A stretch of DNA of 64,000 bases from an uncultured Eubacterium sp. (GTDB taxonomy: Bacteria; Bacillota; Clostridia; Lachnospirales; Lachnospiraceae): the NCBI GenBank assembly GCA_934322085.1, contig CAKRGF010000010.1, positions 4,986-68,985 on the forward strand, in the 5' to 3' direction. The notes beneath the pieces were generated by a model. That model ran no database searches, had not been told where the DNA came from, and saw nothing but the letters and a program-made list of their open reading frames with translations. The position numbers were made by a program, and so were the translations under genes. This document shows, piece after piece, positions 1 to 8,761 of the stretch; the stretch's first letter is position 1; every line of letters starts with the position of its first letter.

Positions 1-38
1 TAAGCTACATGAGTGAATCGTAAGATAAAGGAGAAACT

Positions 39-434
39 ATGGAGACAAAGGAATTGATTACGCAGGCGTTGTCTGCGCGTGAAAACGCCTATGCACCGTA
101 TTCCGGTTTTATGGTGGGGGCAGCACTTCTGTGTAAAGACGGCACGGTTTATACCGGCTGCAACATTGAAAATGCGGCATTTACACCGACAAACTGTGCG
201 GAGAGAACAGCTTTTTTCAAAGCAGTCAGTGAGGGAAAACGGGATTTTGTAAAAATTGCGATTGTTGGCGGAAAAAAGGGAGAAATGACAGCACCGGCAC
301 CGTGTGGTGTCTGTCTGCAGGTGATGTCGGAGTTTTGCAAGGCAGATGAATTTGAAATTGTAATGGCAAAGGGCGAAGAGGATTATAGCAGTAAGACGCT
401 TTCCGAACTTTTGCCAAGCAGTTTTTCCTTATAA
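39..434 (+). CDS. cdd: cytidine deaminase
   Basis: 131 aa; zinc-ligand motifs CAERTA and PCGVCLQ typical of tetrameric cytidine deaminases; aaaggaga RBS upstream of ATG. Confidence 0.9.
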   Translation: METKELITQALSARENAYAPYSGFMVGAALLCKDGTVYTGCNIENAAFTPTNCAERTAFFKAVSEGKRDFVKIAIVGGKKGEMTAPAPCGVCLQVMSEFCKADEFEIVMAKGEEDYSSKTLSELLPSSFSL

Positions 435-454
435 AAGGCTGGAGGAGATAAGAG

Positions 455-1843
455 ATGGAATTACCAGTTGCATTTTGTGATGAGATGAAACGGATTTTGG
501 GGGATGAGTACGAGGATTATCTGAAATCCATGGAAGGTACAAGAAAGTTTGGACTCCGTGTAAATACAGCGAAGATTTCTGTGGAGGATTTTTTGAAAAT
601 TTCTCCGTTTGAATTAACACCGATTCCGTATGTCAAAAATGGTTTTTATTATGATGGGGAGAAAGAGCAGCCTGCCAAGCATCCGTATTATTTTGCGGGA
701 TTATATTATTTGCAGGATCCAAGTGCGATGACGCCGGCCTCGCGCCTGCCGATTGAGGAAAATGATGTGGTACTTGATTTGTGTGCGGCACCGGGTGGAA
801 AAGCGACGGAGCTAGCAGCAAAACTTCATGGTACCGGGCTTTTGATTGCCAACGATATTAGCAGCAAGCGCGCAAAAGCATTGTTGAAAAATATTGAATT
901 GTTTGGCGTGGAAAATAGCTTTATTGTGACGGAATATCCGAAAAAGCTGGCGGAGTATTTTACCGGTTTTTTCGATAAAATTTTGATTGATGCGCCGTGT
1001 TCGGGGGAGGGAATGTTTCGCAAGGAGCCGTCTATGGTAAAGGCATGGGAGCAGAATGGTCCTGAATTTTATGCCGCGTTACAGGAAGATATTTTGAAAC
1101 AGGCGCTTCCGATGTTAAAACCGGGCGGTATGCTTTTGTATTCTACCTGTACATTCTCACCGCTGGAAGATGAGGGAACGGTGCAAAAAATACTTTCGAT
1201 GAACCCGGATATGGAGATTCTTCCGATGGAGGGTTATGAAGGATTTGCGTCTGGAAACCCGGAATTGATTGGAAGTACAGAAGAATCTATACGAAACTGT
1301 GTCCGCATTTTCCCGCACCGTGTCGATGGCGAGGGGCATTTTCTGGCACTGTTTCGAAAAAAGGAGACGGCGGATGAGCCGGTTGTGTCCTGTGAGCAGA
1401 CAAGAAGTGGTCTGCGGGGAGAGGAAAAGGAATTGTGGGAGGCGTTTGGTGAGAATCTGAACCGGACGTTTCTGCCGGAACGCATGGAAAGCAAAAACGG
1501 AATGGTTTACTATATGCCAAAGGAACTTCCGAAGATGCGTGGACTTCGTTTTTTACGCAGCGGATTGTTTGTCGGTGAGATGAAGAAAAAGAGGTTTGAG
1601 CCGAGTCAGTCACTGGCAATGGCACTGCGGGCAAAGGACTATAAGAATTGTCTGCATTTGTCTGTTGACGATGAGCGGGTGGTTCGTTATTTAAAGGGCG
1701 AAACACTGGTGCTGACGGATGAGGAAGCTGCTGCAAAGGATGGCTGGCAGCTTGTGTGTGTAGAAGATTACCCGCTTGGCTGGGGCAAAAAGAATAAGCA
1801 TAATTTAAAAAATAAATACCACAGCGGATGGCGCATGGTATAA
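455..1843 (+). CDS. RsmB/RsmF (NOL1/NOP2/Sun) family rRNA cytosine-C5 methyltransferase
   Basis: 462 aa; SAM motif DLCAAPGGKAT and catalytic DAPCSGEGMFRK / STCT motifs. Confidence 0.85.
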   Translation: MELPVAFCDEMKRILGDEYEDYLKSMEGTRKFGLRVNTAKISVEDFLKISPFELTPIPYVKNGFYYDGEKEQPAKHPYYFAGLYYLQDPSAMTPASRLPIEENDVVLDLCAAPGGKATELAAKLHGTGLLIANDISSKRAKALLKNIELFGVENSFIVTEYPKKLAEYFTGFFDKILIDAPCSGEGMFRKEPSMVKAWEQNGPEFYAALQEDILKQALPMLKPGGMLLYSTCTFSPLEDEGTVQKILSMNPDMEILPMEGYEGFASGNPELIGSTEESIRNCVRIFPHRVDGEGHFLALFRKKETADEPVVSCEQTRSGLRGEEKELWEAFGENLNRTFLPERMESKNGMVYYMPKELPKMRGLRFLRSGLFVGEMKKKRFEPSQSLAMALRAKDYKNCLHLSVDDERVVRYLKGETLVLTDEEAAAKDGWQLVCVEDYPLGWGKKNKHNLKNKYHSGWRMV

Positions 1844-1854
1844 AAGAGCAAGCG

Positions 1855-1880
1855 AAAAGGACCGCATAAGCGGTCCTTTT
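1855..1880 (+). terminator. rho-independent terminator after methyltransferase gene
   Basis: aaaaggaccgc-ataa-gcggtcctttt perfect stem followed by T-rich run. Confidence 0.75.
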
Positions 1881-2006
1881 CTGGGGAATAGAGAACTAAA
1901 CTATATATAGGCGATCATTGGCAGAGCCAATGATTAGGGCAAATTTAGGCGCGGCGCTTCGGTCGCGCCGTCTTTGGTGCATTGCACGTTTAACAAAAAA
2001 CGTAGG

Positions 2007-2041
2007 AAAAAATAAAAAGCGACCCACAAAATGTGAATCGC
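2007..2041 (-). terminator. rho-independent terminator of the minus-strand membrane protein gene
   Basis: On minus strand GCGAUUCAC-AUUUU-GUGGGUCGC (with G-U pairs) followed by UUUUUAUUUUUU. Confidence 0.6.
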
Positions 2042-2087
2042 CTTTGATTACAATGCCATAATACACCTTATCAGGATTTCTGTCAAC

Positions 2088-2906
2088 TTATTTTTTACCG
2101 TTTTCCGTTCGGTGATAGATTTGATAGGCAAACAGGGCAATAGCAAATGTAAACACGGTTGCGATGACAAACAGCGTCATCGAACTTTTATAGATGTCAA
2201 TGTTTCGCAAGTAAATCGGTACATATCCTGCAACGTGGAGAACAATGGCAATTACTGTCCACTGTTTTTCTCCGGTTGAAATGGCATATTCAACAAGGAT
2301 GGCAATGGCAGCATACAATACGAGAGAAAGAATCACGTAAGTAGCGTCCATAAAGAAGGAAGAGGAAGGCGTTGCCGCCTGCTCCGTAAATAACTTCTGG
2401 GTCTGAGCCAGTTCTTCTCCTTTTAATGCCAGCTTTTTGAAATATTCCGTTGAGCCAATGGAATTAATCAGTAACGCCGCAATGATGTTTGTAATATAGA
2501 CGGTTGCGCCATTTAAAATACTTTCAAAACCGCCCATACCAACTCCGAAAATCAGCGCGTTTTCCTTGCCCGGACGTTTTTTCATTGCATACTTCAATCC
2601 GACAAATGCTCCGATGGTCGAAAGAATACCAAGGGAGAAAGCTCCGAACAGTGCCGAGTAGACCGGATGATTTTTTGCACTGAAAAAGGATAAAAGCCCC
2701 GGAATTGAAAAAATCAAAACATTCACAATTGTGGCGGCAACGTAGGAAAAGAGCAGGCAAAACGCAGCTCCAATAAAAAATGCCCCTGGTTTTACGCCGT
2801 TTTTCCGTTTCTGATACCATACAAATAAAATCGGCAGCAGGATGCAAAGCAGTGAACAAAAAATATTTGCCTGAACAAATCCCGCTGAAAAAACAATCTG
2901 ATTCAT
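2088..2906 (-). CDS. polytopic membrane protein, YhfC-like putative intramembrane protease
   Basis: About 7 predicted TM helices. The GMGGFESILNG motif resembles the YhfC/DUF2324 family. ATG at 2906 has an aagtgag RBS, whereas the TTG at 2945 in the ORF track has none. Confidence 0.5.
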   Translation of the reverse strand: MNQIVFSAGFVQANIFCSLLCILLPILFVWYQKRKNGVKPGAFFIGAAFCLLFSYVAATIVNVLIFSIPGLLSFFSAKNHPVYSALFGAFSLGILSTIGAFVGLKYAMKKRPGKENALIFGVGMGGFESILNGATVYITNIIAALLINSIGSTEYFKKLALKGEELAQTQKLFTEQAATPSSSFFMDATYVILSLVLYAAIAILVEYAISTGEKQWTVIAIVLHVAGYVPIYLRNIDIYKSSMTLFVIATVFTFAIALFAYQIYHRTENGKK

Positions 2907-3015
2907 AATAATCTCACTTTCTTTGGTGGTTTTGTTGCTATTCAAGATCTTTTGCTCTATGTATTAGTCATGAATAGCTGCAACTGTAGTACATTGTAAC
3001 TAATAATGAGACGGT

Positions 3016-3208
3016 GCGTCAAGTGTTCGTTGGTGTTTTTTTAGTTTCCGGTAAATGAATAGAAAAGCTTTGCGTCTCGTCGGCACTCCCGTTTGTTGAG
3101 TGCGTAGCGGTATGGGCACTGAAACTACCAGTGCCACATACCGACGTACTCAAACCCACGAGACACAAAGCATTTACCGGAAACTAAAAAAATACGAGCA
3201 CTTGACGC
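3016..3208. repeat. long near-perfect palindrome (about 190 bp), family P1, copy 1
   Basis: Outer arms are gcgtcaagtg...cacttgacgc. Nested arms include tttttttagtttccggtaaatg/catttaccggaaactaaaaaaa and ttgagtgcgtagcggtatgggcactg/cagtgccacataccgacgtactcaa. Loop is at 3121-3128. Confidence 0.85.
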
Positions 3209-3338
3209 TAACCACTAACCAGCTAGTTGAGAGCAGCTTCTTGTGTTTTCAAGACAACGCTTTTTACTTGTTCAAGGGAAAAGCGTTGCATCGAGACCGC
3301 AGACCCATTTGCGCAGAGTCATTCGCTGGCAAATAGTT

Positions 3339-3522
3339 GGTGGGCGTTTATTAGGCTTTCAGTAAAACAGAAGAAAAACTTTGTGACTCGTGGGTTTGAG
3401 TGCGTCGGTATGAGGCACTGGTGGTTTCAGTGCCCATACCGTTACGCACTCAATAAGTGAGAACGCCCACGAGACGCAAAGTTTTTCTTCTATTTTACGA
3501 AACCCTAAAAACCTCCCCCACC
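3339..3522. repeat. long palindrome, family P1, copy 2 (inverted relative to copy 1)
   Basis: Arms are gtaaaacagaagaaaaactttg/caaagtttttcttctattttac. The core ttgagtgcgtcggtatgaggcactg...cagtgcccataccgttacgcactcaa closely matches the reverse complement of copy 1. Confidence 0.85.
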
Positions 3523-3585
3523 TTGCCAATGTCTCCATTCTATTGTAAAATAAAAAGTAAATATTCATGGCAGGAGGGATTTACG

Positions 3586-4998
3586 ATGAATCTTTATGAA
3601 AGACTCATGTGGACGGCAAAAGAAAACCGATATCCGATGCATATGCCCGGGCACAAGCGGGCAGGTCTTTTTACGATGGCAAATCCCTATGCATTTGATG
3701 TGACAGAAATTGACGGCACAGATAATCTTCATCAGCCGGAGGGTGAAATCCTTTGGGAGATGGAGCAGATGAAACAAAAGTATGGAACGAAAGCTTCTTA
3801 CCTTTTGGTAAATGGCAGCACGTGTGGCATCTTAGCAGCGATTTCTGCCTGCTGTCATCCGGGCGATACGATTGTGATTGCCAGAAACTGCCACCGTTCG
3901 GTGTACCATGCGGTGGAGCTTTTGTCATTGAAGCCGGTTTATGTATATCCGGAAGTAGATAAAGAGACGGGAATCTGCCTTGGAATTTCTTCGGAGGAAG
4001 TGAAGCGTGTCCTGGCAGAGACGAAACCTGCCTGTGTTGTATTGACCTCGCCGACGTATGAGGGCGTTGTGTCAAATATCCGGGCGATTGCAGAGATTGT
4101 TCATGAAGGAAACTCTCTACTTGTAGTGGATGAGGCGCATGGCGCACATTTTGCATGGAGTGACAAATTTCCGGAGACTGCGATGGAACAGGGAGCGGAC
4201 CTTGTCATTGAGAGTCTGCACAAGACGCTGCCGGCATTGACTCAGACGGCGGTTTTGCACCGGGTGAGTGACCGTGTTTTGGCAGAGCGCGTGGAGCATT
4301 ATCTGGAAATTTTTGAGACGAGCAGCCCTTCTTATGTGCTGATGGGCAGTATCAGTCAGTGTATGCAGTGGATGCGGGAATATGCTGATACTTGGTTTGA
4401 GGCTTATTTTACGAATCTTAACTGGTTTCGTGAGCACGCAGAAAAATGGAAGGAATTACGTCTTTGGGAAAATCCAAGAAAGGAACCATCAAAACTTGTT
4501 GTTCTGACCGGAGAAAAATGTTCGGGTACAGAGGCAGCAAAATGGCTGCGGGAAGAATTTCAAATTGAAGTGGAAATGGCGGCTGCAGGGTATATTCTTG
4601 CGATGACAAGTCTTGCGGATTCGAGGGAAGGCTTTGTTCGCCTTATGGATGCCCTTACTAAAATTGATGAAAGACTGCAAAAAATTCCTTTTTCCAAGGA
4701 GAAAAAAACAAATTATAGCGAGTCGGTTTTAACCTGCCCGGAAGTGGAAATGTTGCCGGTGCAGGCGGTCAATGCACTGGAGGAGACAAAGCCTGTGAAT
4801 GAGGCAGAGGGATTTGTCTCGGCGGAATATGGGATGGTGTATCCACCGGGAATTCCGTTTTTAGTGCCGGGAGAAAAGATTACAAAAACGGTTTTAGATA
4901 AGATAGAAAATGCAAAAAAAGCAGAACTTCATTTGTTTGGCTTTGCGGATGCAGGCGGACAGACCGTGCAGGTTGTGAAAGAAGAAAAGAAAAGGTAA
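3586..4998 (+). CDS. Orn/Lys/Arg decarboxylase family PLP enzyme (YaaO-like)
   Basis: Has the HMPGHK N-terminal motif and the SLHKTLPALTQ PLP-lysine motif. ATG at 3586 is preceded by an aggaggga RBS. The ORF-track start at 3457 lies inside a palindromic repeat. Confidence 0.85.
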   Translation: MNLYERLMWTAKENRYPMHMPGHKRAGLFTMANPYAFDVTEIDGTDNLHQPEGEILWEMEQMKQKYGTKASYLLVNGSTCGILAAISACCHPGDTIVIARNCHRSVYHAVELLSLKPVYVYPEVDKETGICLGISSEEVKRVLAETKPACVVLTSPTYEGVVSNIRAIAEIVHEGNSLLVVDEAHGAHFAWSDKFPETAMEQGADLVIESLHKTLPALTQTAVLHRVSDRVLAERVEHYLEIFETSSPSYVLMGSISQCMQWMREYADTWFEAYFTNLNWFREHAEKWKELRLWENPRKEPSKLVVLTGEKCSGTEAAKWLREEFQIEVEMAAAGYILAMTSLADSREGFVRLMDALTKIDERLQKIPFSKEKKTNYSESVLTCPEVEMLPVQAVNALEETKPVNEAEGFVSAEYGMVYPPGIPFLVPGEKITKTVLDKIENAKKAELHLFGFADAGGQTVQVVKEEKKR

Positions 4999-5013
4999 AG
5001 AGAGGATTCTACC

Positions 5014-5598
5014 ATGGGCAGATTGTTTGTATTTATGGGGAAAAGTGCATCGGGAAAAGATACGCTTTACGGGGAACTGTTAGCGCGTTACCCGGAGATT
5101 CATGCAGTGATTCCCTATACGACCAGACCGATACGGGAGGGCGAAACGGATGGCGGAGCGTATTATTTTGTCTCCGAAGATAAAATGCGCAGGATGGAAA
5201 AAGAGAACCGGATTGTGGAATCGAGGTGTTATCAGACCGTCCATGGACCGTGGTATTATTTCACAGCGGAAGATGGACAGATTGACTGGGACAAAGGTGA
5301 TTTTGTGTTGATTTCGACGCTGGAAGGTTTTGAGAAAATTTCCCGATTTTATGGTGCAAATAAGGTTGTTCCACTTTATATTGAAGTAGATGACATGACC
5401 CGGATTGAGCGCTCACTGAAAAGGGAAAAAGAGCAGAAAAATCCCTGCGTTTCCGAGGTGTGCCGCCGCTTTTTAGCAGATGAAAAAGATTTTTCCAAAG
5501 AAAATCTCAAGCGCTTACATATTACGGACAAAATCGTAAATGATTCTGTTGAAAATGCACTGAGAGAGATTGTTTTGCGGATAAAAAGTGGTAGATAA
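5014..5598 (+). CDS. guanylate kinase family protein
   Basis: 194 aa; P-loop GKSASGKDT and YTTRPIREGE-DG--YYFVS guanylate-kinase signature. Confidence 0.75.
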   Translation: MGRLFVFMGKSASGKDTLYGELLARYPEIHAVIPYTTRPIREGETDGGAYYFVSEDKMRRMEKENRIVESRCYQTVHGPWYYFTAEDGQIDWDKGDFVLISTLEGFEKISRFYGANKVVPLYIEVDDMTRIERSLKREKEQKNPCVSEVCRRFLADEKDFSKENLKRLHITDKIVNDSVENALREIVLRIKSGR

Positions 5599-5642
5599 AT
5601 CATGTGAAACGTGGTATTATAAATCGAGAAAGAGGTGATATT

Positions 5643-6083
5643 TTGGATATTCGAGTGGACAACATGCAGCAGGTAAATGCGACGACACAGACGCAGCAGG
5701 CGCAGCAGAGTGGAGAAGATTTTAAATTTACACTGATGAGTTCGATTGAAGAAGCCGGTCTTTCCGAGCGGTTATCGGTTATGATGCAGGAAATTACGAT
5801 GCAGGGCGAAAAGCTTGGCAAGCATATGGATGTCCGGGATATGAAGCATTACCGCCGCCTCATTCAGGAATTTATGAATGAGATAGTAAATCGTTCGCAT
5901 AAATTCAGCCGTGAAAATTTCTTAGACCGCCGGGGCAGACACCGTGTGTATGGCATGATTAAGCGTGTAAATGTGGTGTTGGATGAACTGGCGGGAGAGT
6001 TGATTAAAGAAGAAAAAGATACCCTTGCGATTTTGAGTAAAGTTGATGAAATCAGAGGGTTATTACTGGATATTATTACGTGA
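5643..6083 (+). CDS. YaaR/DUF327 family protein
   Basis: Its position between the kinase and holB, and its C-terminal similarity to B. subtilis YaaR (ends ...IRGLLLDIIT), support the call. The start is uncertain: TTG 5643 has an agaggtg RBS, while the ORF track uses GTG 5604. Confidence 0.65.
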   Translation: MDIRVDNMQQVNATTQTQQAQQSGEDFKFTLMSSIEEAGLSERLSVMMQEITMQGEKLGKHMDVRDMKHYRRLIQEFMNEIVNRSHKFSRENFLDRRGRHRVYGMIKRVNVVLDELAGELIKEEKDTLAILSKVDEIRGLLLDIIT

Positions 6084-6101
6084 TAAAAGAAGGGAGAAAC
6101 G

Positions 6102-7085
6102 ATGTTTTCATTTTCAGAGATTGTAGGTCATGAACAGATAAAGGAACATATGCAGGCAGCGATTCGTGATAAGAAACCATTTCATGCGTATTTGTTCCAA
6201 GGCGAGGAAGGTGTTGGAAAAGAAGCGCTGGCGAGGACGTTTGCCGCTGGTTTGCAGTGCCAGAGTGAGTCGGCAGATAAACCGTGCAAGGAATGTGTGT
6301 CCTGCCGCCAGATGGAGTCCGGAAATCAGCCGGATGTTATCTGGGTAACAAGAGAGAAGGCGAGTCTTGGCGTGGATGAAATCCGCGAGCAGCTTTGCAA
6401 TACGATGGATATTAAGCCGTTTTCGAGCCCGTATAAAATATACCTCGTGCCGGAGGCGGAAAAAATGACAGAGGCGGCACAGAATGCACTGTTAAAAACA
6501 ATTGAGGAACCGCCGGAATATGGTATTGTCATTTTGATGACGAGTAACATTTCTGCGTTGCTACCGACGATTCAGTCGCGCTGTCTTACGATGGAATTTC
6601 GTCCGCTCAGCACTGCCGTTGTGGAATCGTTTGTCAAAGAACATTGTCAGGTGCCGGATTATCAGGCGAGAGCGAGTGCGGCATTTGCACAGGGAAATCT
6701 GGGAAAAGCGATGCGGTATGCGAAATCGGAAGATTTCATTGAGAGAAAGGACCATATTATTTCTCTGCTGCGGCATGTGGAGCAGATGGATTTGTCTGAG
6801 ATGTTAGCGGTAATTAAGGATTTGGGAACACGCAAAGATGAAGTGAGGGATTATATTGATTTAATGGTGCTGTGGTACCGGGATGTGCTTTTGTTTAAGG
6901 CGACAAAGGATATTAACCAGCTTTTGTTCCAGGATGAGGCGTCTTACATTTCCCGTGAGGCAAGCCACCGCAGTTATGAGAAAATCGAAGAGATTCTGCA
7001 GGCGTTTGAAAAGGCAAAAGTCCGCCTGCGTGCAAATGTAAATTTTGATATTACGATGGAGCTTATGCTTCTTACTTTGAAATAG
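6102..7085 (+). CDS. holB: DNA polymerase III subunit delta-prime
   Basis: 327 aa; has the HAYLFQGEEGVGK P-loop-like motif, the CxxCxxC zinc module (CKECVSC) and the SRC motif (IQSRC). It is syntenic with yaaR-holB-yaaT. Confidence 0.9.
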   Translation: MFSFSEIVGHEQIKEHMQAAIRDKKPFHAYLFQGEEGVGKEALARTFAAGLQCQSESADKPCKECVSCRQMESGNQPDVIWVTREKASLGVDEIREQLCNTMDIKPFSSPYKIYLVPEAEKMTEAAQNALLKTIEEPPEYGIVILMTSNISALLPTIQSRCLTMEFRPLSTAVVESFVKEHCQVPDYQARASAAFAQGNLGKAMRYAKSEDFIERKDHIISLLRHVEQMDLSEMLAVIKDLGTRKDEVRDYIDLMVLWYRDVLLFKATKDINQLLFQDEASYISREASHRSYEKIEEILQAFEKAKVRLRANVNFDITMELMLLTLK

Positions 7086-7101
7086 AGATACGGAGGTTAT
7101 T

Positions 7102-8013
7102 ATGAAGATTATTATTGGTGTTAGTTTTCGACAGGCGGGAAAGGTGTATTTTTTTGACCCGGGCGATGAGCAGATTGAGCGCGGGGAGCACGTAATTGTC
7201 GAGACTGCAAAAGGTGTTGAATACGGAACGGTTGTTGTGCCAAACCGCGAGATGGCAGAAGAGAAAATTGTGGCACCGTTGAAAAAGATTATTCGTGTGG
7301 CAACGCCGAAAGATGAAGATATCGAGTTAAAGAACCGTGAAAAAGAAAAAGACGCATATAAAATTTGTCTTGAAAAAATTGCAAAACACGGATTGGAAAT
7401 GAAGCTGATTGCGGCGGAGTATACGTTTGATAACAATAAATTATTGTTTTATTTCACCGCGGATGGACGAATTGATTTCCGTGAGCTGGTAAAAGATTTG
7501 GCGAGCGTATTCCGTACCCGAATCGAGCTTAGACAGATTGGTGTGCGTGATGAAACAAAAATCTGCGGCGGAATTGGAATCTGCGGAAGAACTTTGTGCT
7601 GCCACAGTTATTTATCCGAGTTTGCGCCGGTTTCGATTAAAATGGCAAAGGAGCAGAATCTTTCCTTGAATCCGACGAAAATATCCGGTGTCTGCGGACG
7701 TCTGATGTGCTGTTTGAAAAATGAGGAAGAGGCTTATGAGGAATTAAACAGTCGTCTGCCATACATTGGAAGCCATGTGAAAACGGCGGAAGGTTTGGAT
7801 GCGGAAGTGCAGAGCGTAAGTGTCTTAAAGCAGCTTGTGAAGGTTATTGTTTCTTTGGATGACGGCGAGAAAGAGGTGCGTGAGTACCGCGTGGATGAGT
7901 TGAAATTCCGTCCGAACAAGCCGAAAAACAGAATTAAAGATAAACATGATAAAGAGTTAAAAAAATTAGAGGCAATGGAAAAAAAGGAAGGAAAATCGAA
8001 GTTGAATGAGTAA
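7102..8013 (+). CDS. ricT: PSP1 domain protein, stage 0 sporulation protein YaaT/RicT
   Basis: 303 aa; Cys cluster GICGRTLCCHSYL...GVCGRLMCCL typical of PSP1/YaaT; follows holB. Confidence 0.85.
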   Translation: MKIIIGVSFRQAGKVYFFDPGDEQIERGEHVIVETAKGVEYGTVVVPNREMAEEKIVAPLKKIIRVATPKDEDIELKNREKEKDAYKICLEKIAKHGLEMKLIAAEYTFDNNKLLFYFTADGRIDFRELVKDLASVFRTRIELRQIGVRDETKICGGIGICGRTLCCHSYLSEFAPVSIKMAKEQNLSLNPTKISGVCGRLMCCLKNEEEAYEELNSRLPYIGSHVKTAEGLDAEVQSVSVLKQLVKVIVSLDDGEKEVREYRVDELKFRPNKPKNRIKDKHDKELKKLEAMEKKEGKSKLNE

Positions 8014-8761
8014 TCAAAAAGACCCAAAGGATTTTCTTTATGAGGGCGAGCGGCTGGATGATTTGCAGCGGGATGGAATGTACATTATTCAGAATCCGAA
8101 GTGGTTCTGCTTTGGCATGGATGCCGTCCTTTTATCCGCATACGCGAAGGTAAAGGAAGGGGAAAAATGTCTGGACCTTGGCTGTGGCAACGGTATTATT
8201 CCGCTGTTGCTTTCCGGGCGTACCAAGGGAAGTTCCTTTACCGGGCTGGAACTGCAAAAAGATATTGCCGAAATGGCAAAGCGCAGTGTGGCTTATAACG
8301 AAAAAGAAGATAAAGTGCATATTGTGCAGGGTGATATCAGGGAAGCCACTTCAATTTTTGAAGCTGCTTCCTTTGACGTTGTTACGAGCAATCCGCCGTA
8401 TTTGAATCAATCCAATGGCCGTGTCAGCGAGGCGTCACACAAGGCGATTGCCAGACATGAACTTTTCTGCACATTTGAAGATGTGGTAAAAGCGGCAGCA
8501 AAGCTTCTGCGGCCCGGCGGGCGTTTTTATCTGGTACACAGACCATTTCGCTTAGCGGAAATTATTTCCTGTATGGTGCAGTACAAATTGGAACCAAAGC
8601 GGATGAGACTGGTTTATCCGTATGTTGATAAAGAACCAAATATGGTGTTGATTGAGGGAGTTCGAGGAGGGAATCGTCAATTGACGGTCGAAAAGCCGTT
8701 AATTGCATACGCTAATACGAATCAATACACAGAGGAAGTGAGGCGGATGTATTATGATTAG
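8006..8761 (+). CDS. tRNA1(Val) (adenine37-N6)-methyltransferase-like (YabB/TrmN6 family)
   Basis: 251 aa; SAM motif LDLGCGNG and NPPY catalytic motif; overlaps upstream gene by 8 nt. Confidence 0.8.
   Translation: MSNQKDPKDFLYEGERLDDLQRDGMYIIQNPKWFCFGMDAVLLSAYAKVKEGEKCLDLGCGNGIIPLLLSGRTKGSSFTGLELQKDIAEMAKRSVAYNEKEDKVHIVQGDIREATSIFEAASFDVVTSNPPYLNQSNGRVSEASHKAIARHELFCTFEDVVKAAAKLLRPGGRFYLVHRPFRLAEIISCMVQYKLEPKRMRLVYPYVDKEPNMVLIEGVRGGNRQLTVEKPLIAYANTNQYTEEVRRMYYD

Noticed and set aside
1900-1990. Three consecutive short hairpins (atcattgg..ccaatgat, ggcgcg..cgcgcc, gtgca.tgcac) after the rsmF-like terminator as a possible sRNA
   Set aside because: No promoter or terminator pair frames them, and I cannot match them to a known RNA. 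The evidence is too weak to call; they are noted only.
3100-3568. ORFs 3100-3336, 3227-3460, 3359-3568 and the 3457 start of the decarboxylase ORF
   Set aside because: They lie inside the long palindromic repeats. The same peptide fragments (MRSGMG...YRRTQ) recur at 41316 only because the repeat recurs. They have no RBS, and the decarboxylase has a proper RBS/ATG at 3586.
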